Shown here: one piece after another, positions 31,045 through 42,909 of the stretch
Numbering within the stretch: the stretch's first letter is position 1
How the letters are laid out: each line of letters opens with the position of its first letter
Assembly: GCA_026004455.1 (NCBI GenBank)
Contig: BPJE01000002.1
Coordinates: 5,207-69,206, forward strand
Source of the DNA: Patescibacteria group bacterium
GTDB lineage: Bacteria; Patescibacteriota; Microgenomatia; UBA1406; GWC2-37-13
DNA length: 64,000 bases
Direction: 5' to 3'
Program-made: the position numbers and the translations under genes
Notes under the pieces: model-generated
What the model saw: only the letters and a program-made list of their open reading frames with translations
The model's database searches: none
Told to the model about the DNA's origin: nothing

Positions 31045-31977
31045 TTATACGTTACACATTACACACTTTATCAGCCCCCATACATTTCTCGCTCTCTCAA
31101 TCAAAAAAGCAGGGGAGAGAGGGATGATATCTGGATGTTTAAAAAACAACCGCCACCAGTTGACAACATCTTGCCTTTGTTTAAAACAACCCATTTTTAA
31201 GGAAGTTTTTCGATGATGATGAAAAACAACAATATCAGGCACTAACGCAAATTTATACCCAGCTTTTTTCAATCTTAAAAAAAGATCAACATCCTCCAAA
31301 TACGCAAAAAAACTCTCATCAAATCCACCTAACTTTTCAAAAACACTTCTTTTTATGAGCAAACACGCCGCTGTTAATCCATCTAGATTATTATAACTTG
31401 CAAGCGAAGACACCTGTTTTCGAAGTCTATGACTTGGGGGACCCCCCTTTAGGGGGTGAAGTCGACGAGAAAACACGGTGTCAAGCGGTATAAAATTTTT
31501 AGTAACTAGCTCTATTTTTCCAATCTCCATCACCCTATACCCATAATTTTCTACACTTCCATCAGGATTGATTAATATCGGCGCCACCGCATCCAAATTG
31601 TTTTCTTTGGCAATTTTTAATAATTCATTAATTGGGTTTTTCACAATTTTTAATTTTAAATTGTCATTTTGAGATTTGAGATTTGAATTTTGAATTTTGA
31701 ATTTAATGTCATCATTCAAAAGCAATAACCACTCCGCCTTCGCATATTTTGCCCCCAAATTATTCGCCCTCGCATACCCCAAATTCCTCTCCTGCGGCAG
31801 ATAAACAATGTTTCTATTATTAATTTTGAATTTTAAATTTTCATTTTGACTTTTGACTTTTGCATTTTGAATTATTATTATTTGGTATTCCTTCTTCTCT
31901 TTAAAATAATTAATTAAGTATCTCACTCCCTCCTCATTCGTCAACGTCGGCACAATAACAGAGATTTTATAAAACAT
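31045..31977 (-). CDS. GT2 glycosyltransferase with three in-frame repeat inserts
   Basis: NLGYARANN, LLNDD, GGFDE.FF.Y.EDVD. Confidence 0.9.
   Translation of the reverse strand: MFYKISVIVPTLTNEEGVRYLINYFKEKKEYQIIIIQNAKVKSQNENLKFKINNRNIVYLPQERNLGYARANNLGAKYAKAEWLLLLNDDIKFKIQNSNLKSQNDNLKLKIVKNPINELLKIAKENNLDAVAPILINPDGSVENYGYRVMEIGKIELVTKNFIPLDTVFSRRLHPLKGGPPSHRLRKQVSSLASYNNLDGLTAACLLIKRSVFEKLGGFDESFFAYLEDVDLFLRLKKAGYKFALVPDIVVFHHHRKTSLKMGCFKQRQDVVNWWRLFFKHPDIIPLSPAFLIERARNVWGLIKCVMCNV
31409..31482. repeat. GC-rich inverted repeat in frame in the GT2 gene
   Basis: GACACCTGTTTTC..GACTT / AAGTC..GAAAACACGGTGTC. Confidence 0.85.
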
Positions 31978-32020
31978 ATTCTATATTATAAAAAATATAG
32001 TAAAATTAATAATCATAAAA

Positions 32021-33898
32021 ATGATATCTGAAATTTTTAAAAAAATTTACAAAATAAAAGAAATCATTAGAAAAAAAAGTTTAAAAGGTTTATTAGAAAA
32101 AATAAAAGAAAAAATCTTACTTAAAAAGTGTTATTTATCAATTAACCAACAATATCAAATCTGGCTAAAAAAAAATTATCCTACTAGAAATGATTTAAAA
32201 AAACAAAAACAGGAAATAAAAAAATTTAAAATTAGACCATCAATATCCCTAATTACCCCTGTTTATAATCCTGAAAAACAACATCTTGTTGAGTGTATTG
32301 AATCAGTAATAAATCAATCATATGAAAACTGGGAATTGTGTTTAGTCGATGACGCCTCAACCAAATCTTACGTTAAAGAAATCTTAAATGAATATGCAAA
32401 AAAAGATAAAAGAATAAAAGTAAAATTCCGTCAAAAAAATGGCCATATCTGCCAAACATCAAATGATGCTTTAAAAATGACAAAAGGGGAGTATGTTGCT
32501 CTTTTAGATCATGATGATTTTTTATGGCCTAATGCTTTGTATGAAGTCGTAAAACTTATCAACGAAAAACCTCACGCGCAATTTATTTATTCAGATGAAG
32601 ATAAGCTCGACTATGACGGAAAAACCCATGTTGACCCTTTTTTCAAACCTGATTGGAGTCCTGATTATTTGCGATCAATCAACTATATTACTCACTTTGC
32701 TGTCTTAAAAAAATCGCTAATTAATGCTGTTGATGGATTTAGAATAGGAACAGAAGGCGCTCAAGACTGGGATCTATTTTTGCGAGCTACATATTGGCTG
32801 GAAAAAAACATCGGTCATTGTCATCCACTTGATAAAAAAAATCCTATTCAGCATATCTCAACCGTCTTATACAGCTGGCGAAAAACATCTCAATCAACTG
32901 CCTCAGAAAAACATGCAGGAAATGTAAAAAATTATGCTTATAAAAATCAAAAAAAAGTTTTAGAAGATGATTTAAAAAGAAGAAAGTATGAAGGTGAAGT
33001 CTTGCCGACAAAGTATTTAGGGTTATGGCGAGTAAGATATAAGATTATTGGCAATCCTTTGGTTTCAATTATTATTCCAACAAAAGATAAATATGAATAT
33101 ATTTCAAAATGCTTAAATTCGATTTTAAAAAAAACAACCTATAAAAATTATGAATTAGTCATTATTGATACCGGATCAAAAGATAAAAAAGTTTGGCAAT
33201 TATATGAAAAAGTAAAATCAAAACATAAAAACACTCAAGTTTTAAAATGGAGTAAAGAATTTAATTTTTCCGCTGTGTGCAATTTTGGAGCTAAAAAAAG
33301 CAGGGGAGAGTACTTATTGTTTTTAAACAACGATACCGAAGTAATTACCCCCGATTGGATTGAAGGAATGCTCGAACATGCGCAAAGAAAAGAAATTGGC
33401 GCAGTTGGATGTAAGCTTCTGTATCCTAATGGAACAATTCAACACGCGGGTGTAATTTTGGGAATAAAAGGTGGAATTACAAAATACGGTATTGCCGGTC
33501 ATGCTTTTAAATATTTTAATAATGGAGATAACGGGCAATTTTTTCAACAGCTACACTCAATTAAAAATTATTCAGCCATTACTGCTGCTTGTTTATTAAT
33601 CAATAAAAAAAAATTCATTGACTTTGATATTAAATTTAAAATTGCCTTTAATGATGTTGACTTTAATTTAAAACTTTTAACTCGATTTTTTTTTAACTTA
33701 TATACTCCCTTTTGTGTTTTAAAACATTATGAATCGATATCTGTAGGCCTTCCGCAAAAAGGAACTCGAGATATAAAAGAATTTAAAAATGAAATTCTAA
33801 GAATGTATAAAAAATGGAAACATATTCTTAATAAAGATCCTTTTTATAATAAAAATTTAACTCTTACTAAAGAAAATTATTCTCTACAGCTTTCCTAG
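32021..33898 (+). CDS. Two-domain GT2 glycosyltransferase
   Basis: PVYN, DDAS, LDHDD, YSDED, GAQDWDL, FLNND, NDVD. Confidence 0.93.
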   Translation: MISEIFKKIYKIKEIIRKKSLKGLLEKIKEKILLKKCYLSINQQYQIWLKKNYPTRNDLKKQKQEIKKFKIRPSISLITPVYNPEKQHLVECIESVINQSYENWELCLVDDASTKSYVKEILNEYAKKDKRIKVKFRQKNGHICQTSNDALKMTKGEYVALLDHDDFLWPNALYEVVKLINEKPHAQFIYSDEDKLDYDGKTHVDPFFKPDWSPDYLRSINYITHFAVLKKSLINAVDGFRIGTEGAQDWDLFLRATYWLEKNIGHCHPLDKKNPIQHISTVLYSWRKTSQSTASEKHAGNVKNYAYKNQKKVLEDDLKRRKYEGEVLPTKYLGLWRVRYKIIGNPLVSIIIPTKDKYEYISKCLNSILKKTTYKNYELVIIDTGSKDKKVWQLYEKVKSKHKNTQVLKWSKEFNFSAVCNFGAKKSRGEYLLFLNNDTEVITPDWIEGMLEHAQRKEIGAVGCKLLYPNGTIQHAGVILGIKGGITKYGIAGHAFKYFNNGDNGQFFQQLHSIKNYSAITAACLLINKKKFIDFDIKFKIAFNDVDFNLKLLTRFFFNLYTPFCVLKHYESISVGLPQKGTRDIKEFKNEILRMYKKWKHILNKDPFYNKNLTLTKENYSLQLS

Positions 33899-36277
33899 TA
33901 ATACTGTTAAAATTAAAATGAAAAAAGAAATAAAAGATAAAAATAAACCATACTTAAAAGACTGAGGAAAATAAACCAATTTTAAAGAAAATTCTCCTTG
34001 AGGAATTTTTATAGCTTGAAATGAGAAATTTGCTTTTTCTATTAATATTTTTTTTCCATTTAAATATGCAACCCAACCGGGAAAATAAGTATTTGCTATA
34101 AATAAATAACTTTCCCCACAGTTATTTTTAATATCCATTTTAATAATGTCCCCCGTATACTCTAAAATATTAGTTTTTCTTAAACAATTCATAGTCTGAT
34201 CTAAGATTTTCTCTTTATCTGAATTAATTACTATGGTTTTGTTTGGATCGAATTCTTTTTTCCTCATAATTTCTAATTGATTTTTTGTCGTTTTAATAAC
34301 TTTGTCTGGAAAATAAAATCGAGGTTTATATTTAATAATTTCATAAATCGTAATATCAGAATCTTTATAAACTTCTTTAATTAAATTGGCTTTTGTCCAT
34401 TTTCTAACAAAAATGTTTGAGTTATTAGTATAATCTAATAAATATCTAACATTGGAGGCACTTAAAAAATTAATCGCTTTATCATTTAATATCTCTTTAG
34501 CACCTGTAAAAAAACTGTAATCTTTCGTATCATACCCCGTTATAAATTCTCTCATAAATTGCCAATGATTCTTGATAACCAGTGCATCTAAATCTCTTAA
34601 ATCTTCAATTTTATAACCCGAAGAAATTTGACTAATTAATATTCTATCTATACCATAAATTCGAAAAGGTTTTTTTGTGCGATTACTTGATTCATTAATA
34701 AGAAATTGAACATATTTTGAGGGATGAATAAAATTATCAAATCGAGTAAATTTTTTTTTTGATTAAAATATTTGAGGAAATAAAAAATTCAAACAAAAAT
34801 ATAAAACAAATTATTATTTTATAGTAACTTGATTTATAACTTTTCAAAAAAGCAAGAAGAAAAATAAATAATATAAAAAAAACCAAATATATTAAACTAA
34901 TATGTTTAAAAATATAATTAATTTTTATATATTTAGTAGCTAAATCTTTTTCAAATTTAATTATCTCGTATAAACCAAAAAATAATATTAAATTAATAAA
35001 AACAAAAACGATTATCAAAAGAATCTTATTTATATTTTTTTTCTTCTTAAAAAAAAAATTTAAAGATATAGCTAGTAAAGCGTAAAAAGAAAAATAGAAT
35101 GGAAATAGATATTTAGTAAAAATTATCCTGTTTAAAATAGGTAAATGTCCTATTTCTTTAAAAATCGGAAAGTTAAATATTTTTCCAAAGAAAAGAATAA
35201 ATATTACCAAAAATACTATAAAATTAACATTTTTTTTTAAATCATAAAAAAAAGAAAAAAATAAAAAAGAAAAAAATAAAAAAGGGAATAACTCCCAAAT
35301 AAGAAGGCAGTAAATGCTGTGAGTAGCCAAACCATTGGGAGTGAACAGGACCATATATAAATGGAAAAATTAATGAAGGAATCGTTTTTATAAAAAAACC
35401 CTGTGATCCAGTTAAAGTAGAATGAACATGAAAGGAATTTAAAAAAATTCAATAAATTGAAATAAATAAAATGATGATAAACCAACCCCTATAAAACATA
35501 ATAAAAGAAAAAGGATGATTTTTTTTGATTTTTTCTTTTATATTATCTTTTAAAAAAAAATAATTTAACAAAAAAATAAATTAAACCACTTATTAAATTA
35601 ATAATAGTCGATTGAATATTACCACCTAAAACAGTTAATAAAACCGCTATCGGCAAAATTATTTTTGAATAAAATTTAATAGATTTGTTTTTTAATAAAT
35701 AAAAGTTCTATCCCAATAAATAATAATGGTAAAATAATTTCGACATCTAAATGAAATAAATTTGAATATAATAAAATATGACCAGAGAAACCAAGAATTA
35801 TAGACACAGTTACAGATATTAATTTATCTATTCCTATCAATCTAAAATAAATAAAAGAAAATACTGATAAAATAAAAATTCTAAATATTAAGTAAAAATC
35901 CCAAATAAGAGGAGTAGGATAAATATTAACTGGAAATAAATATCTAATGATTGAAAAAGCGTTTGAAGTTTGATTAGCGGCTAATGGCTTTCCGCCACCT
36001 GAATAGTTATTCCATAATGGTAATCTCAATGATTTTATTTTCTCGGCTGTAACTTTAGATAACGGATAATCTATCCAAGTGCTGCCGGCGGGGTCGATTA
36101 CAGTAATCTCTTTAGGAATATATCCATTATATCCTTCGCTACCCTCTAAAATTTTATCTGAGTTATGAGTTAAGAATGTTTTTATTAAAAAAAATTATTT
36201 GGAAACAAAAAAAAAATAATTAATATAAATATTACGATAAAATTAAATTTATCTTTCAAAAGATCTATTTTTTTCAT
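33884..36277 (-). CDS. YfhO-like GT-C membrane protein split by homopolymer frameshifts
   Basis: Fragments LPLWNNYS.GG.PL.AN and YFPGW.AY.NG..Y.P.SF.YG; many TMs. Confidence 0.75.
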
Positions 36278-36343
36278 AAATAGATTATAATTATATAAAT
36301 TGCATAAAAACGTTGTCAATTAAACATTTGAATTTATTAGTTA

Positions 36344-37434
36344 ATGAATAAAAAAATACTTATCATCGGTGGCGGGTTTTATGGTTGTGAGATTGCCTTG
36401 TTTTTTTAAAAAAAAAGGTTATAAAGATGTTTTCATATTGGAAAAAGAAAACTATCTCTTAACAAAAGCTTCTTATATTAACCAAGCTCGAGTCCACAAT
36501 GGTTATCATTATCCAAGAGATTTTTTAACAGCTTATCGATCACATGAAAATTATTACCGATTTATAAAAGATTATAGATTTGCGGTAGATAATTCTTTTA
36601 AAAAAATTTATGCTATTGCTAAAATTAACTCAAAAACATCAGCTTTTCAATTTGAAAAATTTATAAAAAAAATTGGTTCTCCACTAAAAAAAGCCGCAAA
36701 AATACATCGCGATCTTTTTAATCCGATATTAATTGAAGAAGTTTACGAAGCAGAAGAATCAGCTTTTGATGCTAAAAAATTAAGAAAATATTACCAGAAA
36801 AAATTAAAAGAAAACAAGGTTTCAGTATTTTTTAACACTTTTGTAAACAAAATAGAAAATAAAAATAATAGATTAATTTTAACAACGAATAGGGGTGTGT
36901 ATGATGCAGATTATGTATTTAATATAACGTATGCTGGCTTAAATTATATTTTAAAAAATTCCAATCTGCCACTTTTACCATTAAAACAAGAAATTACTGA
37001 AACTGTTTTGATTCAACCTTCAAAAGAAATTAAAGGACTGGGTATAACAGTGATGGATGGCCCTTTTTTTTCGACTATGCCTTTTCCGGCAGAAAGATGT
37101 TATTCTTTAACACATGTAAGATACACTCCTCATGGATACTGGACAGATTTAGAAAAATACACCGATCCACATCTCTTAGAGAAAACTTATAAACCAAAGT
37201 CAAAATTTACATTTATGATAAAAGATGCTCAAAGATATATTCCATCACTTTCTAACGCTAAATATTTAAAATCACTTTACACTTTAAAAACACTTCTTTT
37301 ACAAAAAGAAGAAGATGATGGAAGACCAATTCTTTTTGCAAAAGATTACGGGTTTAAAAATTTTTTTCTTAGTACTAGGGGGGAAAATCGACAATATTTA
37401 TGATATTATAGAAAAATTAGAAAAAATATTTTAA
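36344..37434 (+). CDS. FAD-dependent oxidoreductase (frameshifts near both ends)
   Basis: MNKKILIIGGGFYG from 36344; ASYINQARVHNGYHYPR; repaired end LGGKIDNIYD. Confidence 0.85.
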
Positions 37435-37436
37435 TT

Positions 37437-38222
37437 TTATGGATTATAAAAACCAAAAACTACTTTTAAAAGGCTTAAAAGGATATTAAAATATCCTATA
37501 ATATTTATTTTTGTGGGAACTTTTCCCTTAGGGTATTTACGTGTAACTGGTACCTCAATTACTTTATATCCTAATTGACCAGCTCTAACTGAAAGATAAA
37601 ATAAAAGCTCATAATTTAAAAAAATATCTCGAAATGGCAAAACTCGCTCATCAAGTAAGTATTTTTGACTATAAGCCCTAAAACCATTTGTCGTATCAGT
37701 TAACCATAAACCAGAAAATAAACTAATCAAAGGAGCGTGAATAATACGATTACCAATTAAGCGTAATAGGGGAGTATTAATTGCTTTCCCACCCTTAATA
37801 AAACGTGATCCCTGAATATAATCAAAACCTTCATTAAGTGCCTTTATAAATTTTTTAATATCATTTGGATCGTCTTTTCCGTTTCCATCAATTGTAATAA
37901 TTCCTTGATAGTTTTCTTTTAAGGCATAAGCATAACCCATCCGCAACTGTGCACTTAATTTTCCTTTATCTTGTTTAATAAGTAGGGTTCTTATATTATT
38001 TTTTTTTAAAAAATTTTTGTCTGTTGAACCGTCGTTGCTTCCTCCATCAGCAATAATTATATCCACAGGAAGTTTTAAAGATTTAATAATTCTTAATTCC
38101 TTTTTAAATCTTTCTCCTTCATTTATAACCGGGATACATAAACAATATTTGTATTTTTTTTTAAAAAATTCAATTTTTTTATGCTTTGGGATCTGCCAGT
38201 TTTGTTCATATTGTTTATCCAT
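37437..38222 (-). CDS. GT2 polyprenol-phosphate glycosyltransferase
   Basis: IPVINE, DGGS.DG, IDGNGKD, GSRF, DTTNGFR. Confidence 0.88.
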   Translation of the reverse strand: MDKQYEQNWQIPKHKKIEFFKKKYKYCLCIPVINEGERFKKELRIIKSLKLPVDIIIADGGSNDGSTDKNFLKKNNIRTLLIKQDKGKLSAQLRMGYAYALKENYQGIITIDGNGKDDPNDIKKFIKALNEGFDYIQGSRFIKGGKAINTPLLRLIGNRIIHAPLISLFSGLWLTDTTNGFRAYSQKYLLDERVLPFRDIFLNYELLFYLSVRAGQLGYKVIEVPVTRKYPKGKVPTKINIIGYFNILLSLLKVVFGFYNP

Positions 38223-39024
38223 ATATTTTTGAGACAAAACTAAGACTTCTTTTAATATTTCTCAAATTGTTACTACTAAATGCTTTCATCTCAATAGAGC
38301 AATAATTTTTGTATTTAAGTTTTTTTAATATTTTTGCAATTTTATTATGTGCTATATTTCCACTTTCGTTGACCAAATCAAGATATGGTTCGCTTATATG
38401 AAAGTGTGCAAGAAAAGGAAATGCTTGTTTAATGCTTTGCTCTATTTTTTCGTTATTCAAAGTAAGTATACCTGTATCTAAATTTAACTGCACAAAGGGG
38501 TGATTAATTTTTTTAACAAAATTTAAAACCTCTACAGTGTTTAACAAAAAATCCGCTCCATATTCTTTGGGATTTGGTTCGATCGCAATTTTAATTTTGT
38601 ATTTTTTTCCAATTTCGGCTAATTCATTAAAAAAATCTAAAGCAATTTTTTCTGCCTCAGATTGGGAAAGACCTTTTTTTATCCTATTTTTAGGAGAACC
38701 AAAAACCGCTGTCTTTATACCAAGAATGTTGCCAATCCATAAAACTTTTTCTAAATAGGCCAAAAGTTCGCTTCTTTTATCCAAATAAAAAATGTTGAAT
38801 TCATTTTTACCATAAAGTAAAGACTGAAAAGCAATAATTTTTACTCCGTGTTTATTCCAAAAATTTTTGTAATCTACGACTTCGCTTTTTTGTAATTTTT
38901 CTAAATTTTTCCACACTTTAGTTGGCGCTATCTCTATTGCTAAAAAACCATAATTTGGTAGCAACCTTAATATCTTTTCATCTTCTGAATTGTTCCAAGC
39001 AATATTAGAAATTGAAAGTTTCAT
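38215..39024 (-). CDS. Sugar phosphate isomerase/epimerase (xylose isomerase-like TIM barrel)
   Basis: SISNIAW, EIAP, FGSPKNR, IEPNP..YG.DF, HFHISEP. Confidence 0.88.
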   Translation of the reverse strand: MKLSISNIAWNNSEDEKILRLLPNYGFLAIEIAPTKVWKNLEKLQKSEVVDYKNFWNKHGVKIIAFQSLLYGKNEFNIFYLDKRSELLAYLEKVLWIGNILGIKTAVFGSPKNRIKKGLSQSEAEKIALDFFNELAEIGKKYKIKIAIEPNPKEYGADFLLNTVEVLNFVKKINHPFVQLNLDTGILTLNNEKIEQSIKQAFPFLAHFHISEPYLDLVNESGNIAHNKIAKILKKLKYKNYCSIEMKAFSSNNLRNIKRSLSFVSKIYG

Positions 39025-39792
39025 AATTTACTTTTTTCTTTTTGAATAAATTCTTTAATATCGTTGAGAATTTGATTTTTTAAGTATAAATAAGGCCCTT
39101 TCTTATTAAAAAGGTGAGCGTATTTTGTTTTCATATTATAAAATAATTGCTTTAAATTGGGATTTCCGGCTATTTTTTTTTCTAATACATAACTTGTAAT
39201 TTCTTGAACTGATAATGGCTCGCTGGTAATATTAATTATTGGAATTTTATTTTCTATAATAACGTTCAAGTCTGATTTAATGTTGTTAAGATTATAAAAC
39301 TGAAATATGCTTTCTGGATGAACAAAGGAATTATATTGATTGTGAATAATATCAAAAATAAAATTTTTTTTTAGCCCTTCTCCGAAAAGCCCAGGCAGCC
39401 TAATAATCGAATAATTAGAAAAATGATTACAAATGAATTCCTCAGCTAATAAACGATTTTTCCCATAAGGATCTAGTTTTGTTTTATCTATAATCGTATC
39501 CTCATCAGCATTAACCGGCTGGGGATAAACATCAATCGTTGATATCCAAACAATATAATGTATTTTTTGCTTTTAATAAATGTTGTAATAAAATATTAAT
39601 TTTCTTCCAGTCTTCACTTTCATTTTGATTAGCTAACCATTTTACGGCAGAAACGCCTGCTGAAATTACTAAATTATATTCTTTTCCCTCAATTTGTTCA
39701 ATATTTTTTGAATTATATAAATCATCAAACTTTAATTTTTTATAAATATTACCACCTACAAAACCTGTATAACCTATTAGAGCCTTTTTCAT
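39021..39792 (-). CDS. NAD-dependent epimerase/dehydratase (one +1 frameshift near 39565)
   Basis: LIGYTGFVG; repaired ISTIDVY, YGKNR, RLPGLFG. Confidence 0.82.
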
Positions 39793-40765
39793 AACTTTCT
39801 TTCATAAATGTTTAATTCACTATTGCCTAAAAAAATTGAATGATCAATCTCTTTTTCAATAAAATAAAGTGGCTCTTCTGCTACTTCTTCTAAAATTCTT
39901 AAAATATATTCTGATAAAACACTTAAAATTACAAATAACATAAAAAACATTACTCCAATCACTAATGTAGTGCTAATCCATCCTGTCAACAATGTTTTTT
40001 TTTAATCAGGGGAAACTAAAAAGATGTAAAAAATAAAAAGCAAGCTCAAAAAAACTCGCAAAAGCTGAAAAATAAGTTACCAGACGTAAAGGTTTAATTG
40101 AATTAGAAATTATAATATCTAGAGTTTTTAAAACAAAGTCACAAAGTTTTGTTTTATTAAAATCTCTAATAAAAGTTTCACTCAGTTCATTATCTAAATA
40201 TTTAACTTTTAATCCTAATGAAGATTGTAAATATGAAAAATTTCGGTTTTTTTTTTTGCGAATCTTTGTAATTAAGTTAACTGCCTTTCGATTTAACGCT
40301 AAAGTATTTGTTAAATTTACAAATGTTAGTTTAGATGATAATTTATTTATCATTAATAAAAATAATCTTAGAGGTAATTTTATTTTTGAAAAATTTTTCA
40401 AATTTCTTGTCACTACTATATCATTACCTTCTGTAAGCAACCTTAACAAGTTTTTAACCGTAGTTGAGTTATCATTTAAATAATTTAAAAATAAAATTCC
40501 ATCTCCGATACTATTATCTAAAGCCGCAATTAAATTCGTGTCAAAATTGTATTTTTTTGCTAAACTAATAATTCTTAAGTTTTTAACTTTATTACGCAAA
40601 GTGTATAATTTCTTTTTATCAAGCTCTTTCAAACCATTATCCATAACCACAAGTTCATATTGTTTTTTTTAATTTCATCAAATTAATCTCTTTTATTTTA
40701 TCTATTAAGATTTCTGGATTTTTATCGATAATAAAAACAAAGGATAGAAAATTAATTTTCTGCAT
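39789..40765 (-). CDS. GtrB/ArnC-like GT2 with C-terminal TMs (frameshifted)
   Basis: GW.ST..SEY.RI..PLYFIE C-terminus; fragments in the ORF track. Confidence 0.7.
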
Positions 40766-40835
40766 ATTTTATAAATTATACAATGAAATTTTTAAAAAAC
40801 TCGATATTGGTGATATACCATAAAAATAGGTAAAA

Positions 40836-41744
40836 TCATAAAAAACACCTAGGAGGTACAATATACTTAATTTTTTCCTCATTATAAGCCGGAATGATGA
40901 TGTAGACATCTTTAAAATTTTTTTCAGATATTTTTTTTTGAACCATTTTATTTAAAAATTTTATTTCTTTTATTTTAGCAAAAATATCAGATCTAGACAT
41001 TCCAGTAACTTTTTCTATTTGATCTAATCCAAAATTAACAAAATCTAAATCTCTTTGACGATACTCATCAGCACTAATATTTGCAAAAACTCCATCATAA
41101 CGCTTAATTTTTATTGGAAATCGTCCTAGTTGAATTTGTCTTTCAAGCCAATTATTGTATTCTTCATTCATAAATTTTTCAGGATCACGTTGAAGTTTAG
41201 CTAAAGTATCAACTGTTTTAAATATATACACTAAAGGCTTTTCATCAGGAGAAGGCGGTTTTTTTCTTCCAGTTATATAATCAATAGAATGCAAAAAATC
41301 AGAAAATGGAAAATTGGGAAAAAACCGTCTTTCATTTAAAGCATCACCTACCTGATCTATGTAATTAATAGGTAAAGGACCATTGAAAATAAATCTTTCT
41401 AAATCATGAGCTAAAACTAAAAAACGAATAAAATTAAAATTATCTCTTGATTGTTCTGGCAAAATTTCTTTAAATTGAGGAAAATTCCACAGCCATTGAA
41501 AAACTTCATTCATACAATCTAGATGTTTTAAAAGTCCATTTAAATCAGGATTTAATTTGGAATTTGGGTTTTCATTAATAAATTGTTGCGATAATGAGAT
41601 TAATCCATTTTTTAAAGATTGATATTGATCTTCAGTAATTTGGTAATAATCAAAATCTCCAATTCCTTTTTCTCTAAAAAAATCTCTTGATCTTTTGACT
41701 CTCAATCTCACCTCATCATAAACTTGCATCTCTTTATTTTCCAT
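40836..41744 (-). CDS. Hypothetical HD-domain-like protein read through into a GT2 N-terminal remnant
   Basis: H...LAHDLER...D pattern; tail VYIIIPAYNEEK. Confidence 0.55.
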   Translation of the reverse strand: MENKEMQVYDEVRLRVKRSRDFFREKGIGDFDYYQITEDQYQSLKNGLISLSQQFINENPNSKLNPDLNGLLKHLDCMNEVFQWLWNFPQFKEILPEQSRDNFNFIRFLVLAHDLERFIFNGPLPINYIDQVGDALNERRFFPNFPFSDFLHSIDYITGRKKPPSPDEKPLVYIFKTVDTLAKLQRDPEKFMNEEYNNWLERQIQLGRFPIKIKRYDGVFANISADEYRQRDLDFVNFGLDQIEKVTGMSRSDIFAKIKEIKFLNKMVQKKISEKNFKDVYIIIPAYNEEKIKYIVPPRCFL

Positions 41745-41781
41745 AGTTTTTATATTTTATCAAAAAAACACCAAGAACACC

Positions 41782-41826
41782 AAGGACAGAACCTTTCAGG
41801 TTCTGTCCTTTTAAGGAGTGTACCTG
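41782..41826 (+). repeat. Family A short-loop subtype with tail (cassette boundary 1)
   Basis: AAGGACAGAACCTTTCAGGTTCTGTCCTTTTAAGGAGTGTACCTG. Confidence 0.95.
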
Positions 41827-41854
41827 GTGGGGAAGAGTTTGTATAATATTTTTA

Positions 41855-42521
41855 ATGATTAAAAAAAAATTGGTTTAATATAGTTTTGCTTCTTTCATTA
41901 ATAATATCAGTAAGCATTAATTTTTATTTTTTAAATGTTTTAAATGAACAAAATCAGGTGGTTGAGGTGGTTGATGGCGATACTTTTCAGTTAAAATCAG
42001 GAAAAAGAGTCAGGCTTATTGGTGTTGATGCGCCAGAATATGATCGCTGCGGCGGCAAAGAGGCTAGACAATTTCTTGAATCTATTGTTAAAAATAAGAC
42101 AGTTACAATAAAAGAAGAAGTCCAAGAAACTTTTGGCCGCAGTCTTGCTTTGGTTTATATTGGAAAAACTTTGGTTAATGAAGAGGTTTTGAAAGCAGGC
42201 TGGGGGAGACCTGACTATCGCAAAAACTCTCAAAGAGACAAACTCACTAATGCTTATCATTTTGCCAGAGATAAAAAGCTTGGTATTTTTAGCTCTTTAT
42301 GCCGTCAAGAAAACTCGTCAACCCCTAAATCCGATAATCAACAAAACGAGTGTAATATCAAAGGCAACATTGACAAAAACACTTACAAAAAATTCTATCA
42401 TCTGCCTGGATGTAAACATTATAATGAAGTTGTTATTGAAAAAGATATTGGCGAAAGATATTTTTGTTCAGAAGAAGAAGCTCAAAAAGCCGGCTTTAAA
42501 AAAGCCTCCAGCTGCCCATAA
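41855..42521 (+). CDS. Secreted thermonuclease (SNase) with C-terminal Cys-rich Ada-like domain; +1 A-run near the start
   Basis: VVDGDT, VRLIGVDAPE, FGR.LA, CNIKGNI..YH.PGC..FCSEEEAQKAGF. Confidence 0.9.
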
Positions 42522-42533
42522 AAACCCATCTAC

Positions 42534-42562
42534 AAGGTTCTGTCCTTTTAAGGACTGTCCTG
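42534..42562 (+). repeat. Half family A unit plus tail (cassette boundary 2)
   Basis: AAGGTTCTGTCCTTTTAAGGACTGTCCTG. Confidence 0.9.
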
Positions 42563-42575
42563 TTTAAAAAAATAA

Positions 42576-42851
42576 TTATTTTGAAAAACTAATATTAAGT
42601 TTATAACCCAATACTTCTGCTATCTTTTCTAAAAAACCAAGCGAAGGATTAATATTTCCGGACTCAAGTCTAGCTATTGCTGATTGTTTTGTTCCTATTT
42701 TTTCAGCTAATTCTTTTTGAGTAAGACCTTTTTGAATCCTTGCATAAATTAATTGAGATATTGCTTTATAACGAGGAGTTAACCTTTCATATTCTTCTTT
42801 AACTGCTTTATTTTGTAATAATTCTGATTTTAATTGTTTCCAGCTTCTCAT
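42576..42851 (-). CDS. XRE HTH antitoxin (HigA-like)
   Basis: GLTQKELAEKIGTKQSAIARLESG. Confidence 0.92.
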   Translation of the reverse strand: MRSWKQLKSELLQNKAVKEEYERLTPRYKAISQLIYARIQKGLTQKELAEKIGTKQSAIARLESGNINPSLGFLEKIAEVLGYKLNISFSK

Positions 42852-42909
42852 AAATTTTTATAAAAATTATTATTAATAATAATACTAATAATATAACAAA
42901 TATGTTATA

